This document shows positions 18,565 through 29,200 of a stretch of DNA of 63,908 bases, piece by piece. How positions within the stretch are numbered: position 1 is the first letter of the stretch; each line of letters begins with the position of its first letter. The position numbers and the translations under genes are program-made. A model generated the notes under the pieces. That model saw only the letters and a list, made by a program, of their open reading frames with translations. It had not been told where the DNA came from and made no database searches. The DNA lies in IMG/VR virus record IMGVR_UViG_3300032087_005153, positions 1 to 63,908 of that record; one strand, given 5' to 3'. This DNA comes from a virus. Taxonomy: Duplodnaviria; Caudoviricetes.

Positions 18565-20988
18565 ATGGCTGAAACAATATTAAAAAGTTCATTTCCAAGT
18601 CAAATAGCAAGTGACGCAGAAAAGGCTAGTGAAGAATACGGGTTAAAGGTTGCCCGTGCTATTGAGCATGAATGGTTTAAAAGAGACAGTGGTGCAACAC
18701 GCTTCTATTCTAATAGAGATGAGTTTCATAGATTACGCTTATATGCTAGAGGTGAACAGTCGGTAAAAAAATATAAAGATGAATTATCTATTAATGGTGA
18801 TTTATCTTATTTAAATTTAGATTGGAAACCCGTACCAATTATTCCTAAGTTTGTAGATATTGTTGTTAATGGAATGTCTGATAGGCTTTATGATATTAAA
18901 GCATTTTCACAAGATCCATCTTCTATAAAAGAAAGAACTAATTATGTAGAGTCTATTTTAGAAGATATGCAATCGCGTGAAATTTCTGATCAAATAATGC
19001 AACAACTTGGAATCAACGTATATAATACGGATCCATCAAAATTACCTGAATCAGAAGAGGAGCTTTCTTTACATATGCAGCTTGAATATAAACAAGCAAT
19101 TGAAATTGCGGAAGAGCAGGCTATTAATTCAATATTTAATAATAATAATATTGATCTTATAAGAAAAAGAGTAAATTACGATTTAACTGTTATTGGTATT
19201 GGTGCTGTTAAAAATGAATTTACAAATTCAGAAGGAATAAAGTTAAAGTACGTTGACCCGGCTGATTTAGTATATTCTTATACAGATTCACCTTACTTTG
19301 ATGATATATATTATGTCGGAGAAGTTAAGTCTGTGACTATCAACGAGTTAAAACAACAATTTCCAAATTTAACAGACGAAGATCTTAAGGAATTATCAAA
19401 ACAAGGCGTTCAGACACCAGCTTCCCATAATAGATATATTAATGAGGATAGCGTTTTAGATGCAAATACTATTCAAGTTTTATATTTTAATTATAAAACA
19501 TATAATAACGAAGTATTTAAAATAAAGAAAACAGCATCTGGTGCTGATAAAGCAATTCCTAAAAATGACCAATTTAACCCGCCTAAAGATGATAGATCAA
19601 GATTTACAAAAGAATCAAGATCTATAGATGTGGTTTATGATGGAGCTTTTGTATTAGGAACAAAACATTTGCTTAAATGGGAAATTGCTAAAAATATGGT
19701 AAGGCCTAAAAGCGATACAACAAAAGTAATGATGAATTATAATATTGTAGCGCCTAGAATATACAAAGGGAGAGTTGAATCTCTTGTTAGCCGTATTACA
19801 GGTTTTGCTGATATGATTCAATTAACTCATTTAAAATTACAGCAAGTAATGTCTAGAATGATTCCAGATGGAGTTTATTTAGATGCAGATGGTCTTGCTG
19901 AAATTGATTTAGGCAATGGAACAAATTATAATCCTCAAGAAGCATTAAATATGTTTTTTCAAACAGGTTCTGTAATTGGTAGATCAATGACTACTGATGG
20001 CGATATGAATCCTGGAAGAGTGCCAATACAAGAATTAACATCTAATGGCGGTAATAATAAAATAAGTTCATTAATAAATACTTATAATTATTATTTACAA
20101 ATGATCCGTGATGTAACCGGATTAAATGAAGCGCGCGATGGTTCTATGCCTGATAAAAATGCTTTAGTAGGCGTTCAAAAATTAGCTGCTGCAAATTCAA
20201 ATACAGCTACAAGACATATATTACAATCAAGTTTATATCTTGTTGCTAAAACAGCTGAAGCAATTAGTTTAAGAATATCTGATGTATTAGAATATTCACC
20301 AACAAGGGACGCTTTTATTTCAAGCATTGGTAGGTTTAATGTAGGGACACTTGAAGATATTAAAAATATGCATTTGCATGACTTTGGTATTTTTATTGAG
20401 TTATCTCCGGATGAAGAAGAAAAACAAATGCTTGAAAATAATATTCAACAAGCATTAGCTAAAGATCAAATATATCTTGAGGATGCAATTGATATTAGAG
20501 AAGTTAAAAACCTTAAGCTGGCTAATCAACTATTAAAAGTACGTAGACGTAAAAAATTAGAATTAGATCAGCAAAGACAGCAAGCTAATATACAAGCTCA
20601 GGCAGACGCAAATTCTCAAAATACTCAAGTTGCTGCGCAAATGGAAATTCAAAAGAATGAAGCCATTACAAACCAAAAAGCTCAACTTGTTCAAATGGAG
20701 GCAGATCTTGAAATGCAAAAAATGCAACAAGAAAAAGAACTTAAGAAAGAACTTATGCGATTCGAGTTCGATCTTAATATTGCATTGAAAGATAAAGAAG
20801 GCGAAGCATATACTAATAGAGAAAAGTATAAAGAAGACCGTAAAGACGAAAGAACTAGAATACAGGCATCCCAACAATCTAAACTTATTGAACAACGTAA
20901 GGATAAAAAAGGGGAGCAAGAATTTGAATCTGCAGGTAATGATACCATGGGTAGCGGATTTAATTTAGAAATGTTTGAACCAAGATAA
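18565..20988 (+). CDS. Portal protein
   Basis: 807 aa after terL; IIPKFVDIVV, RDVTGLNEARDG, Gln-rich C-terminal barrel. Confidence 0.88.
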   Translation: MAETILKSSFPSQIASDAEKASEEYGLKVARAIEHEWFKRDSGATRFYSNRDEFHRLRLYARGEQSVKKYKDELSINGDLSYLNLDWKPVPIIPKFVDIVVNGMSDRLYDIKAFSQDPSSIKERTNYVESILEDMQSREISDQIMQQLGINVYNTDPSKLPESEEELSLHMQLEYKQAIEIAEEQAINSIFNNNNIDLIRKRVNYDLTVIGIGAVKNEFTNSEGIKLKYVDPADLVYSYTDSPYFDDIYYVGEVKSVTINELKQQFPNLTDEDLKELSKQGVQTPASHNRYINEDSVLDANTIQVLYFNYKTYNNEVFKIKKTASGADKAIPKNDQFNPPKDDRSRFTKESRSIDVVYDGAFVLGTKHLLKWEIAKNMVRPKSDTTKVMMNYNIVAPRIYKGRVESLVSRITGFADMIQLTHLKLQQVMSRMIPDGVYLDADGLAEIDLGNGTNYNPQEALNMFFQTGSVIGRSMTTDGDMNPGRVPIQELTSNGGNNKISSLINTYNYYLQMIRDVTGLNEARDGSMPDKNALVGVQKLAAANSNTATRHILQSSLYLVAKTAEAISLRISDVLEYSPTRDAFISSIGRFNVGTLEDIKNMHLHDFGIFIELSPDEEEKQMLENNIQQALAKDQIYLEDAIDIREVKNLKLANQLLKVRRRKKLELDQQRQQANIQAQADANSQNTQVAAQMEIQKNEAITNQKAQLVQMEADLEMQKMQQEKELKKELMRFEFDLNIALKDKEGEAYTNREKYKEDRKDERTRIQASQQSKLIEQRKDKKGEQEFESAGNDTMGSGFNLEMFEPR

Positions 20989-21022
20989 TACCCAATTTTT
21001 TTTAATTTTATAATATTTTATT

Positions 21023-22321
21023 ATGGCAGAAGAAGCAACAAATGTTGAAGAAACTGTTCAAGAAGAAGCACAACAAAATGTGCAAGAAACAGTTGAACAA
21101 CAAGCAAAAGAAAAACAAGCAGAAGATACTGCGGTTATTGAAACAAAAGATGATGATACCAATATCACTACTGATGAAGATGGTACAATCAAAATTGATT
21201 TAAGAAAACAACCTAAAACAAAAGAAGATGCCGTTCAAGAGCAAAGCGCAGATGAGATTTCTGTACGCAACGAATCCGAAACTAGCAGCGGAGTACAAGA
21301 GCAAAACGACGAAGAAGCAAATGAAACAACTGCCGGAGAAAGTAACACCTCTGACAATGAGATGCCAGTCGTCGAACTTGTACAAGATGAAGAAACGGTA
21401 GAAAAAGAACCAAGCTTAGCGGATAAAATAAAAGATATTCCAAATAAGCTTAAAGAAGATACAGAAGATGTAAATAATAATCAAGAAGCCAGTGAGTTAC
21501 CTGAAAACATCAACAAATTAGTTGAGTTTATGAAAGACACTGGCGGAACACTTGAAGATTATGTAAATCTTAATAAAAATTACGACGATATGGAGGATAT
21601 GAGTTTGCTCCGTGAATATTATCGTCAGTCTAAACCTCATTTATCAGAAGATGAAATTTCTTTTTTAATAGAAGATAGTTTTTCGTATGATGAAGAGGTT
21701 GAAGAAGAAAGAGATATTAAACGCAAACAATTAGCGTTAAAAGAAAGCATTGCTGAAGCTAAATCAAATCTTACTAGTTTAAAGAGTAAGTATTACGATG
21801 ATCTTAAGTTAAGTTCAAAGTTAACTCCAGAACAAAGAGAGGCGGTTGAGTTTTACAATACATATAAACAAGAACAAAGTCAATCACAGCAATTAGCACA
21901 ACAACAAAGATCTATATTTCAAGAAAAAACAAATGAATTGTTTTCCGAAAACTTCAAAGGTTTTGAATATAAAGTAGGCGATAAAAAATATAGATTCAAT
22001 GTTAAAGATGTTAATAATGTTAAAGATTCCCAAGCAGATATTAATTCATTAGTTAGCAGGTTTGTTAATGAAAATAATGAAATGTCAGATGCAGCGGGTT
22101 ACCATAAAGCATTATTTACTGCAATGAATGCTGATTCAATTGCTAATCATTTTTATGAGCAAGGTAAAGCCGATGCGATTAAAGATCAAATGGCTAAATC
22201 TAAAAACGTAGATATGAATCCACGTGGTACTCATGAAGCGGTTACAACTGATTCAGGGTTTAAAATACGGGCTATAAGCGGTGAGGACAGTTCTAAATTA
22301 CGTATAAAACTTAGACAATAA
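21023..22321 (+). CDS. Capsid scaffolding protein
   Basis: Very acidic N-half, coiled coil, between portal and capsid. Confidence 0.7.
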   Translation: MAEEATNVEETVQEEAQQNVQETVEQQAKEKQAEDTAVIETKDDDTNITTDEDGTIKIDLRKQPKTKEDAVQEQSADEISVRNESETSSGVQEQNDEEANETTAGESNTSDNEMPVVELVQDEETVEKEPSLADKIKDIPNKLKEDTEDVNNNQEASELPENINKLVEFMKDTGGTLEDYVNLNKNYDDMEDMSLLREYYRQSKPHLSEDEISFLIEDSFSYDEEVEEERDIKRKQLALKESIAEAKSNLTSLKSKYYDDLKLSSKLTPEQREAVEFYNTYKQEQSQSQQLAQQQRSIFQEKTNELFSENFKGFEYKVGDKKYRFNVKDVNNVKDSQADINSLVSRFVNENNEMSDAAGYHKALFTAMNADSIANHFYEQGKADAIKDQMAKSKNVDMNPRGTHEAVTTDSGFKIRAISGEDSSKLRIKLRQ

Positions 22322-22340
22322 CACTTAAAAATAATTTAAA

Positions 22341-23771
22341 ATGGGATTATTTGCAACTGGTGGATCGTTTCCTGCTGGATTAACGCCTACACCAACTAAA
22401 ACACTTTTTGCTGGTAACTATCTTACTTTTGATAGTGCAACTGGCGGCGGAACTTTCGCACAACAATTTTTACCAGACGTATACGAAAAGGAAGTTGAGC
22501 GTTACGGAAATCGCTCTGTTTCTTCTTTCTTACGCATGGTAGGAGCTGAAATTCCTTCTGCTTCAGATCAAGTTATTTGGTCAGAACAAGGAAGATTACA
22601 TATTGCTTATGATGCTGCAACTGTTGTAGCTGCTACTAGCACTATTACTGAAACAGACCACGCTGTACGAGCTGGACAAACAGTAGTTATTTCTCAGGAC
22701 CTTACAACTGTAAAAGCTGTTGTAACTAGCGTTCCTGATGCTGATACTATTGTTGTTGCTCCTTATGCTGGTACTGATCTTGCTGGACTTGGAATTACTG
22801 ACGGAGCTATCAAACTATTTGTTTATGGTTCTGAATTTGGTAAAGGTACAAGCGGTATGGTTGGATCTGTAGATGCTGGTTTTGAGCAATTTAGCAACTC
22901 ACCTATCATTATTAAAGATAAGTATTCAATCTCTGGATCTGATGCTGCACAAATCGGATGGGTTGAAGTTACTACTGAAAACGGTGCTTCTGGATACCTT
23001 TGGTATTTAAAATCAGAGCATGAAACAAGACTTCGTTTTGAAGATTATCTTGAAATGTCTGTAGTTGAAGGAGAACTTGCTTCTGCTACTGGTGCTGGTT
23101 CTGCCGCTAATGCTGGATATAAAGGTACTGAAGGTCTTTTTGCTGCTATTGAAAGCCGCGGAAATATCTACCAAAACTTTAATTCAGGTGAAGCTACTCT
23201 TGCAAACTCAGGAGCTGATAGAACTGCACTACAAGATTTTGATGAAATTCTTAAGAATCTTGACAAGCAAGGGGCAATTGAAGAAAACATGCTTTTCTTA
23301 AACAGGGCTACTGCGCTTGCTTTTGATGATATGCTAGGGGCTGTAAATGCTCACTATAATGGTGGTACTTCTTACGGAGTATTCAACAATAGCGAGGATA
23401 TGGCACTTAACTTAGGATTTAGTGGTTTCCGCAGAGGATCTTATGACTTCTACAAAACTGACTGGAAATACTTAAATGATGCTGCTACACGTGGTCTTAC
23501 TGAAGATATTGATGGTGTACTTGTACCTGCTGGTACTTCAACTGTATACGATCAGCAACTAGGTAAGAACATCAAGCGTCCTTTCTTACACGTACGCTAT
23601 CGTGCTTCTGAAGCTGATGATCGTAAAATGAAATCTTGGATCACTGGATCTGTAGGTGGAGTTTATACTTCTGAAACTGATGAAATGAACGTTAACTTCT
23701 TGTCAGAAAGATGTTTATGTGTTCAAGGTGCTAACAACTTTGTATTATTCAAGTCTGTTGCTCAATCATAA
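22341..23771 (+). CDS. Major capsid protein
   Basis: Position, size, strong codon bias, followed by terminator. Confidence 0.88.
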   Translation: MGLFATGGSFPAGLTPTPTKTLFAGNYLTFDSATGGGTFAQQFLPDVYEKEVERYGNRSVSSFLRMVGAEIPSASDQVIWSEQGRLHIAYDAATVVAATSTITETDHAVRAGQTVVISQDLTTVKAVVTSVPDADTIVVAPYAGTDLAGLGITDGAIKLFVYGSEFGKGTSGMVGSVDAGFEQFSNSPIIIKDKYSISGSDAAQIGWVEVTTENGASGYLWYLKSEHETRLRFEDYLEMSVVEGELASATGAGSAANAGYKGTEGLFAAIESRGNIYQNFNSGEATLANSGADRTALQDFDEILKNLDKQGAIEENMLFLNRATALAFDDMLGAVNAHYNGGTSYGVFNNSEDMALNLGFSGFRRGSYDFYKTDWKYLNDAATRGLTEDIDGVLVPAGTSTVYDQQLGKNIKRPFLHVRYRASEADDRKMKSWITGSVGGVYTSETDEMNVNFLSERCLCVQGANNFVLFKSVAQS

Positions 23772-23779
23772 TTACTAAT

Positions 23780-23822
23780 GTAGAGATGGGGCGTCTTTAA
23801 GGCGCCTCTATCTTTACTTTTT
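23780..23822 (+). terminator. Rho-independent terminator after capsid gene
   Basis: GTAGAGATGGGGCGTCT-TTA-AGGCGCCTCTATCTTTAC followed by T-run. Confidence 0.8.
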
Positions 23823-23844
23823 ATCAATTTTATTATATTATATT

Positions 23845-24618
23845 ATGGCTACAAAAACAAAGCAGCCTGAAGCTTCTAATAGCTCTTGGGCAGTAAAAGA
23901 TAGAACTTATATTTTAAAAGGCAATAAATCGCCTATAACATATACTTTAGCCTCAAAGCATCATAGTAGAAATCCATTAATGTGGTTTGATGAAGAACAA
24001 GGCTATGCAAGAGAATTAAGATATGCTTCAAATCAAAAGTCTCCTTTTGTTGATGAACAATCTGGATTTTCAACATTAAAGCATATTGTATTTAGAAATG
24101 GATCATTATTTGTTCCAAAATCTGATCAAGCTTTACAAAAATTATTATCATTATATCATCCTCAAAAAGATAAAACTTATTATGAGCTTGACAATGTAGC
24201 AGAAGCTACTGATGAACTTGCTGATATAGAAATAGAAATTACAGCGCTAAATTTAGCAAAAGACCTAGACGTTGAGCATGCTGAAGCGGTCTTAAGGGTA
24301 GAGCAGGGCTCTTCTGTTTCTAGAATGACAACAGCAGAAATTAAAAGAGATTTATTATTATTTGCAAAACGTAATCCTGGATTATTTATTGAATTGGTCG
24401 AAGATGACAACGTTCAATTAAGAAATTTTGGAATTAAAGCAACTGAAGCAAATATTATTCGTTTATCACAAGACCAAAGATCTTTTCATTGGGCTAGTAA
24501 TGATAAAAAATTAATGTCAGTACCTTTTGACGAAAATCCGTATTCAGCATTAGCTGCTTACTTTAAAACAGACGAAGGAACTGAAGTATATAAATCAATA
24601 GAAAAGAAATTAAAATAA
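23845..24618 (+). CDS. Conserved-type protein downstream of the capsid gene
   Basis: 257-aa ORF in head-tail module. Confidence 0.6.
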   Translation: MATKTKQPEASNSSWAVKDRTYILKGNKSPITYTLASKHHSRNPLMWFDEEQGYARELRYASNQKSPFVDEQSGFSTLKHIVFRNGSLFVPKSDQALQKLLSLYHPQKDKTYYELDNVAEATDELADIEIEITALNLAKDLDVEHAEAVLRVEQGSSVSRMTTAEIKRDLLLFAKRNPGLFIELVEDDNVQLRNFGIKATEANIIRLSQDQRSFHWASNDKKLMSVPFDENPYSALAAYFKTDEGTEVYKSIEKKLK

Positions 24619-24623
24619 TCATC

Positions 24624-24664
24624 TTATAGTGATGGGATCACTTAAGGTGGTCCCTTCATTATAA
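24624..24664 (+). terminator. Intergenic stem-loop
   Basis: TTATAGTGATGGGATCAC...GTGGTCCCTTCATTATAA. Confidence 0.6.
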
Positions 24665-24677
24665 TAAAAAGAATAGT

Positions 24678-25367
24678 ATGGTTAGTGTAGATACGGTATA
24701 CCAAACAGTATTGGCAATACTTAATAAAGAAAACAGAGGATATATGACTCCACAAGAGTTTAATCTTCTAGCTAATCAAGCTCAAAGTGAAATATTTGAG
24801 CAATATTTTTATGATTTAAATCAATATAATCGCCGAGGCGAAATAAATAATGAATTTGCAAATATAGTTCAAAATATTAAAGAAAAAATTGATTTATTCA
24901 AAATACAAGAGTTTGATTTAATCTATTTCAATGGATCATATGAATTACCCGCTAACTTGTATAGATTAGGTAGCGTACAATATGGCTATACAGAAATAGA
25001 ACAAGTAAATAGCAAAGAATTTCTTTACGTACTTAATTCTCCATTAACTGCCCCCTCTGAATCATTTCCCGTATATATAAGAGTAGATAATACAATACAA
25101 GTATATCCAGCTAGTATTATACAAGAAGTAACTTGTAACTATATAAAAACGCCAACTACTGTAAACTGGACTTACAAAACAGTTAATGGTACCGCTTTGT
25201 ATAATCCTTCTTCAACTGATCATAATAATTTTGAATTACACCCATCAGAGGAAGTAACTTTAGTAAATAAAATATTAACTCTTGCTGGTGTTATTATTAA
25301 ACAACCTGATATAACTCAAATAGGTGAAGCTAAGGATAATAAAAAAATAACACAAGAAAAATCATAA
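24678..25367 (+). CDS. Head-tail adaptor / tail ring protein
   Basis: LNKE.RGY.TPQEFN..AN.AQ N-terminus, YIKTP; podovirus ring-protein pattern. Confidence 0.7.
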   Translation: MVSVDTVYQTVLAILNKENRGYMTPQEFNLLANQAQSEIFEQYFYDLNQYNRRGEINNEFANIVQNIKEKIDLFKIQEFDLIYFNGSYELPANLYRLGSVQYGYTEIEQVNSKEFLYVLNSPLTAPSESFPVYIRVDNTIQVYPASIIQEVTCNYIKTPTTVNWTYKTVNGTALYNPSSTDHNNFELHPSEEVTLVNKILTLAGVIIKQPDITQIGEAKDNKKITQEKS

Positions 25368-25370
25368 TAA

Positions 25371-26261
25371 ATGGCATTAGCAAAATTACCTCCATCGGAA
25401 CATTACGATATTTCTAGCGACCAAGGCGCATATCAGTTTATAACTTTAAAAGATATTATTAATAACTTTATTGTTTCTCAAGTAGGAGATGACAAAATTA
25501 TAAAAAAAGCAAAACGTGCTGAAGTATTATATCATGCGCAGCGCGGGATTGCTGAATTAAATTATGATACACTTGGAAATATAAGAACACAAGAAATTGA
25601 TTTAGGTCCCTCACTTTCAATACCTATTCCTCATGATTATGTAAATTTAGTTGATATAAGCTTCGTGGATAAACATGGTATTTTAAGAACTATTGCTAAA
25701 AATAAATTAACTGATTTACCTGAAATGATATATCAGGATTATGATTATAGTTATTTATTTGGTGGTGAAGGCGAATTATTAACTACGGATGATTCTATAA
25801 CTGCAGAAAACTTTAGAAAAGGTAATGAAAACCAAGCGTCTGCAAGAGATTCTGTAGATTCATTAGAAGAGGGCTATGGCTATAATATAGATTACGGTAA
25901 AAGATATGGCTTAGATACAACTACTGCAACAAAAAATGGTAGCTATATTATAAGCGATAAATTTGGAACAATAAGTTTTTCTAGTGATCTTGCTAATCAA
26001 ACTATAGTATTAAGATATATATCAGACGGATTACATTCTGATGAAGATATGCGAATTCACAAGTTTGCTGAAGAAGCTATATATAAAATAATATCTTATG
26101 GTATAATGTCATCTAAATCAAATATTCCTGAATACCAAATTAATAGAGTTAAAAAAGAAAAAAGAGCCGCTATTAGAAATGCTAAAATAAGATTAGCAAA
26201 ATTAAGCCCAGGCGAGATTATTCAAGAATTAAGAGGTAAATCCAAACAAATTAAACACTAA
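25371..26261 (+). CDS. Second tail ring / structural protein
   Basis: IPHDYVN, LRYISDG; position in tail module. Confidence 0.6.
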   Translation: MALAKLPPSEHYDISSDQGAYQFITLKDIINNFIVSQVGDDKIIKKAKRAEVLYHAQRGIAELNYDTLGNIRTQEIDLGPSLSIPIPHDYVNLVDISFVDKHGILRTIAKNKLTDLPEMIYQDYDYSYLFGGEGELLTTDDSITAENFRKGNENQASARDSVDSLEEGYGYNIDYGKRYGLDTTTATKNGSYIISDKFGTISFSSDLANQTIVLRYISDGLHSDEDMRIHKFAEEAIYKIISYGIMSSKSNIPEYQINRVKKEKRAAIRNAKIRLAKLSPGEIIQELRGKSKQIKH

Positions 26262-26264
26262 TAC

Positions 26265-29200
26265 ATGGCTGAATTAAAACATACATTCATAGCCGGAATG
26301 ATGGATAAAGACCGTGATGAGCGCCTTGTAAAAAATGGTACTTATCGGGATGCTTTAAACATACACATTTCTTCTTCTGAGGGTTCTGATGCAGGAGCAG
26401 TTGAAAATTTATTAGGAAATAAACAATTAACTGATTTAGGGCTTTCTAATGCCCAAACAATTGGATCAATACCTTATGGTCTTAAAGACAAAATATATTG
26501 GATAGTAACTTCTGATAATATTGATGGTATATATGAATACGATCAAATTCAAAAAACAGTTGTACCTATAATTATAGATACAAAAAGAAATAGTTCTGAA
26601 TTAATTAATAGTTTAACAATTCAGTCAAATGAAGATAATGAACTTGTATTAAGTAATATTACCGCAAGTCAATTAAAAACAATATGTGGTAATATACCAG
26701 ATGATACTATAGATGAAGTATTGGTAAATAATAATATTAATTTATCATCACAAGACCCTAAATTAAATATATCAATACCACAAAATACTATATTAAGAAG
26801 AGAAAACAAAAAATATGTTTTCAAAAATATAGAATATAGTGGTCAAGAATATGGGAATATAACAATAACCTTCTCTTTTTCCATAAAAAGTGTATTAAAT
26901 TTTTCTAAAAATAATCTTATAACAGGTATCGATATAATTGACGATATGCTGTTTTTTACAGATGATTTAAATCCACCTAGAAAAATAAATATTTCTAAAT
27001 TTAAAAAATACACAAATACTCCCTACCCTAATACAAACGGTGTTTTTCAAACGCAGACTTTAGTACAATACTCAGAAAAAGATGCTAATGGTAATATTAT
27101 TAATCTTACTAGGGACTTTTCTGAAAATGATTTATCTGTAGCTAAAAAAGCGCCAATGAAAGCGCCTACCTTAGAGTTATATAATTCATTAATAAGTGGT
27201 GTTACTGAAATAGAAAAAATAATTAGTTTTTATATTACTTCTAGTAATGGTGATAAAGAAATTGGTATTGGTGATAACTTAACTATAAGTGGTTTAACAA
27301 CTTTACCAAATTGGAATGAAGGAGATAATTTAGAACTAAGTTCTTATACAGATGATGGTACAGGCGAATATTTAGAAGCAACTGCAATTGTAAAACAAGT
27401 GTTAGAGTCAAGCATTATTATAACTTTAACAAGCAGAAATTATGCCCCTGTAAAAAACATAAATTATAAAGTAAGTATATCTTTAGTTGAAAAAGACCCT
27501 ATACATGAATTATCATTTGTAAGATTTGGTTATAGATGGAAATATTTTGATGGAGAATATTCTACAATGTCTCCATTTTCTGAAACAGCTTTCTTGCCGA
27601 AAAAATATCAATATAATGCCAAAGAAGGATTAAACCTAGGAATGGAAAATGATTTAAGAAAAATTATTTTAAATGATTTTGACTTAGGCGATGATACTGT
27701 AAAAGAAATAGAAATATTATATAAAGAAACTAGAAATCAAAATATATATACTTTAAAATCTTTTAGACGTATTGATTTTGATAATAGTTACGAAATAACA
27801 AAAGAAAGAATACATTCTGTATTACCTAATGATCAATTATTAAGATCATGGGATAATGTACCTAGAAAGGCAAAAGCACAAGCTGTAACCGCTAATAGAA
27901 TTATTTATGGTAATTATACACAAAATTATGATGTATATAATAGCCCTGAATTTGGAATATCATATTTAAAAAGAAGTGCCAATTCAAATAAAAAGACAAT
28001 AAAGTCTAATAGAACATACCAAGTAGGGGTCGCATATATAGATGAATATAATAGACATTCACCTGTACTTTCTGATCAATCTGGGTCTATAACTATAGCA
28101 AAAGACAAAACAAAAGAAACAAAGCAGTTTGAAGTAAGATTAAAAAATAATCCACCTGCTTGGGCTAAATATTTTAAATATTATATTAAAGACAATTCTG
28201 GTGAATATTATAATATTGCAGCAGATAGATTCTATTATGATGAAGAAAATGGCTTTATGTATGTTTCTTTTTCTTCTAATGAAAGAAACAAAATAAATAA
28301 AGATGAGTCTATTTTGCTCAAAAAAGAGCATGGGTCAGATATAGCTGTTATTGATTCTGATAATAGATATAAAGTAATTGAAATATTTAATGAACCTCCA
28401 AATTTTGTTGCAGACAAGAAAAAAGTAGTTAGTTCTCTTGATGATGTATTATTTACTTCTGGATATAATTTAAGTACTGCTGGTGGTACATTAACACAAA
28501 TTAAAACTGAAAATTCAACTCCAGTTGCTAATTATTCAAAAATACAAGTTAAAAGAGCAAACCAAGCAAATGACCCGGATGATAGTAATAATTCAGGTGT
28601 TCCTGGATTTTTAGTAAATGAATTAAAACCCGGTAGATTTATAAGATTTGATTTTAATGGCAAAGAATCACAACCTTATGAAATAAAATCTGTAGGAGTT
28701 GATAGAGAAGATTCTACTGAAATTGAAATTACTATAAAAGATAGTTTTAATGATGATGTAGACATCATTTATGATAGAGATGGCAATGTTGGTAATCCCC
28801 CTGTTCAAGGGCATAGCCATGGATATAGATTAGGTGTTAGAATTACTATATTAGAAAAATTTTCAGATTATAAAAATGAAGAATTTGATGGTAGATTTTT
28901 TGTTAAATTAAAAGCAAATAATTTATTAAAAAATATATTTGAAGGAGACACTGTAGATAATAAAGATTATTCTATATTAGAAAAATTAACATTATTTGGA
29001 GCACCAACATTTTCTGATAGTAAAAAAGACCGAAGAACAAGACCACCTAGAAAAATAGACTTAAATCCAGAATATCCATTATTTTTAAGCCATAGTGGAA
29101 CAGCCTCAAATTATACCTTTAAAGTAGAAGAATTAAATACAAAAGTTGATGATAAATATTTAGATTTATTTATTAATGGCACTAAATTTTATTTTTCTAA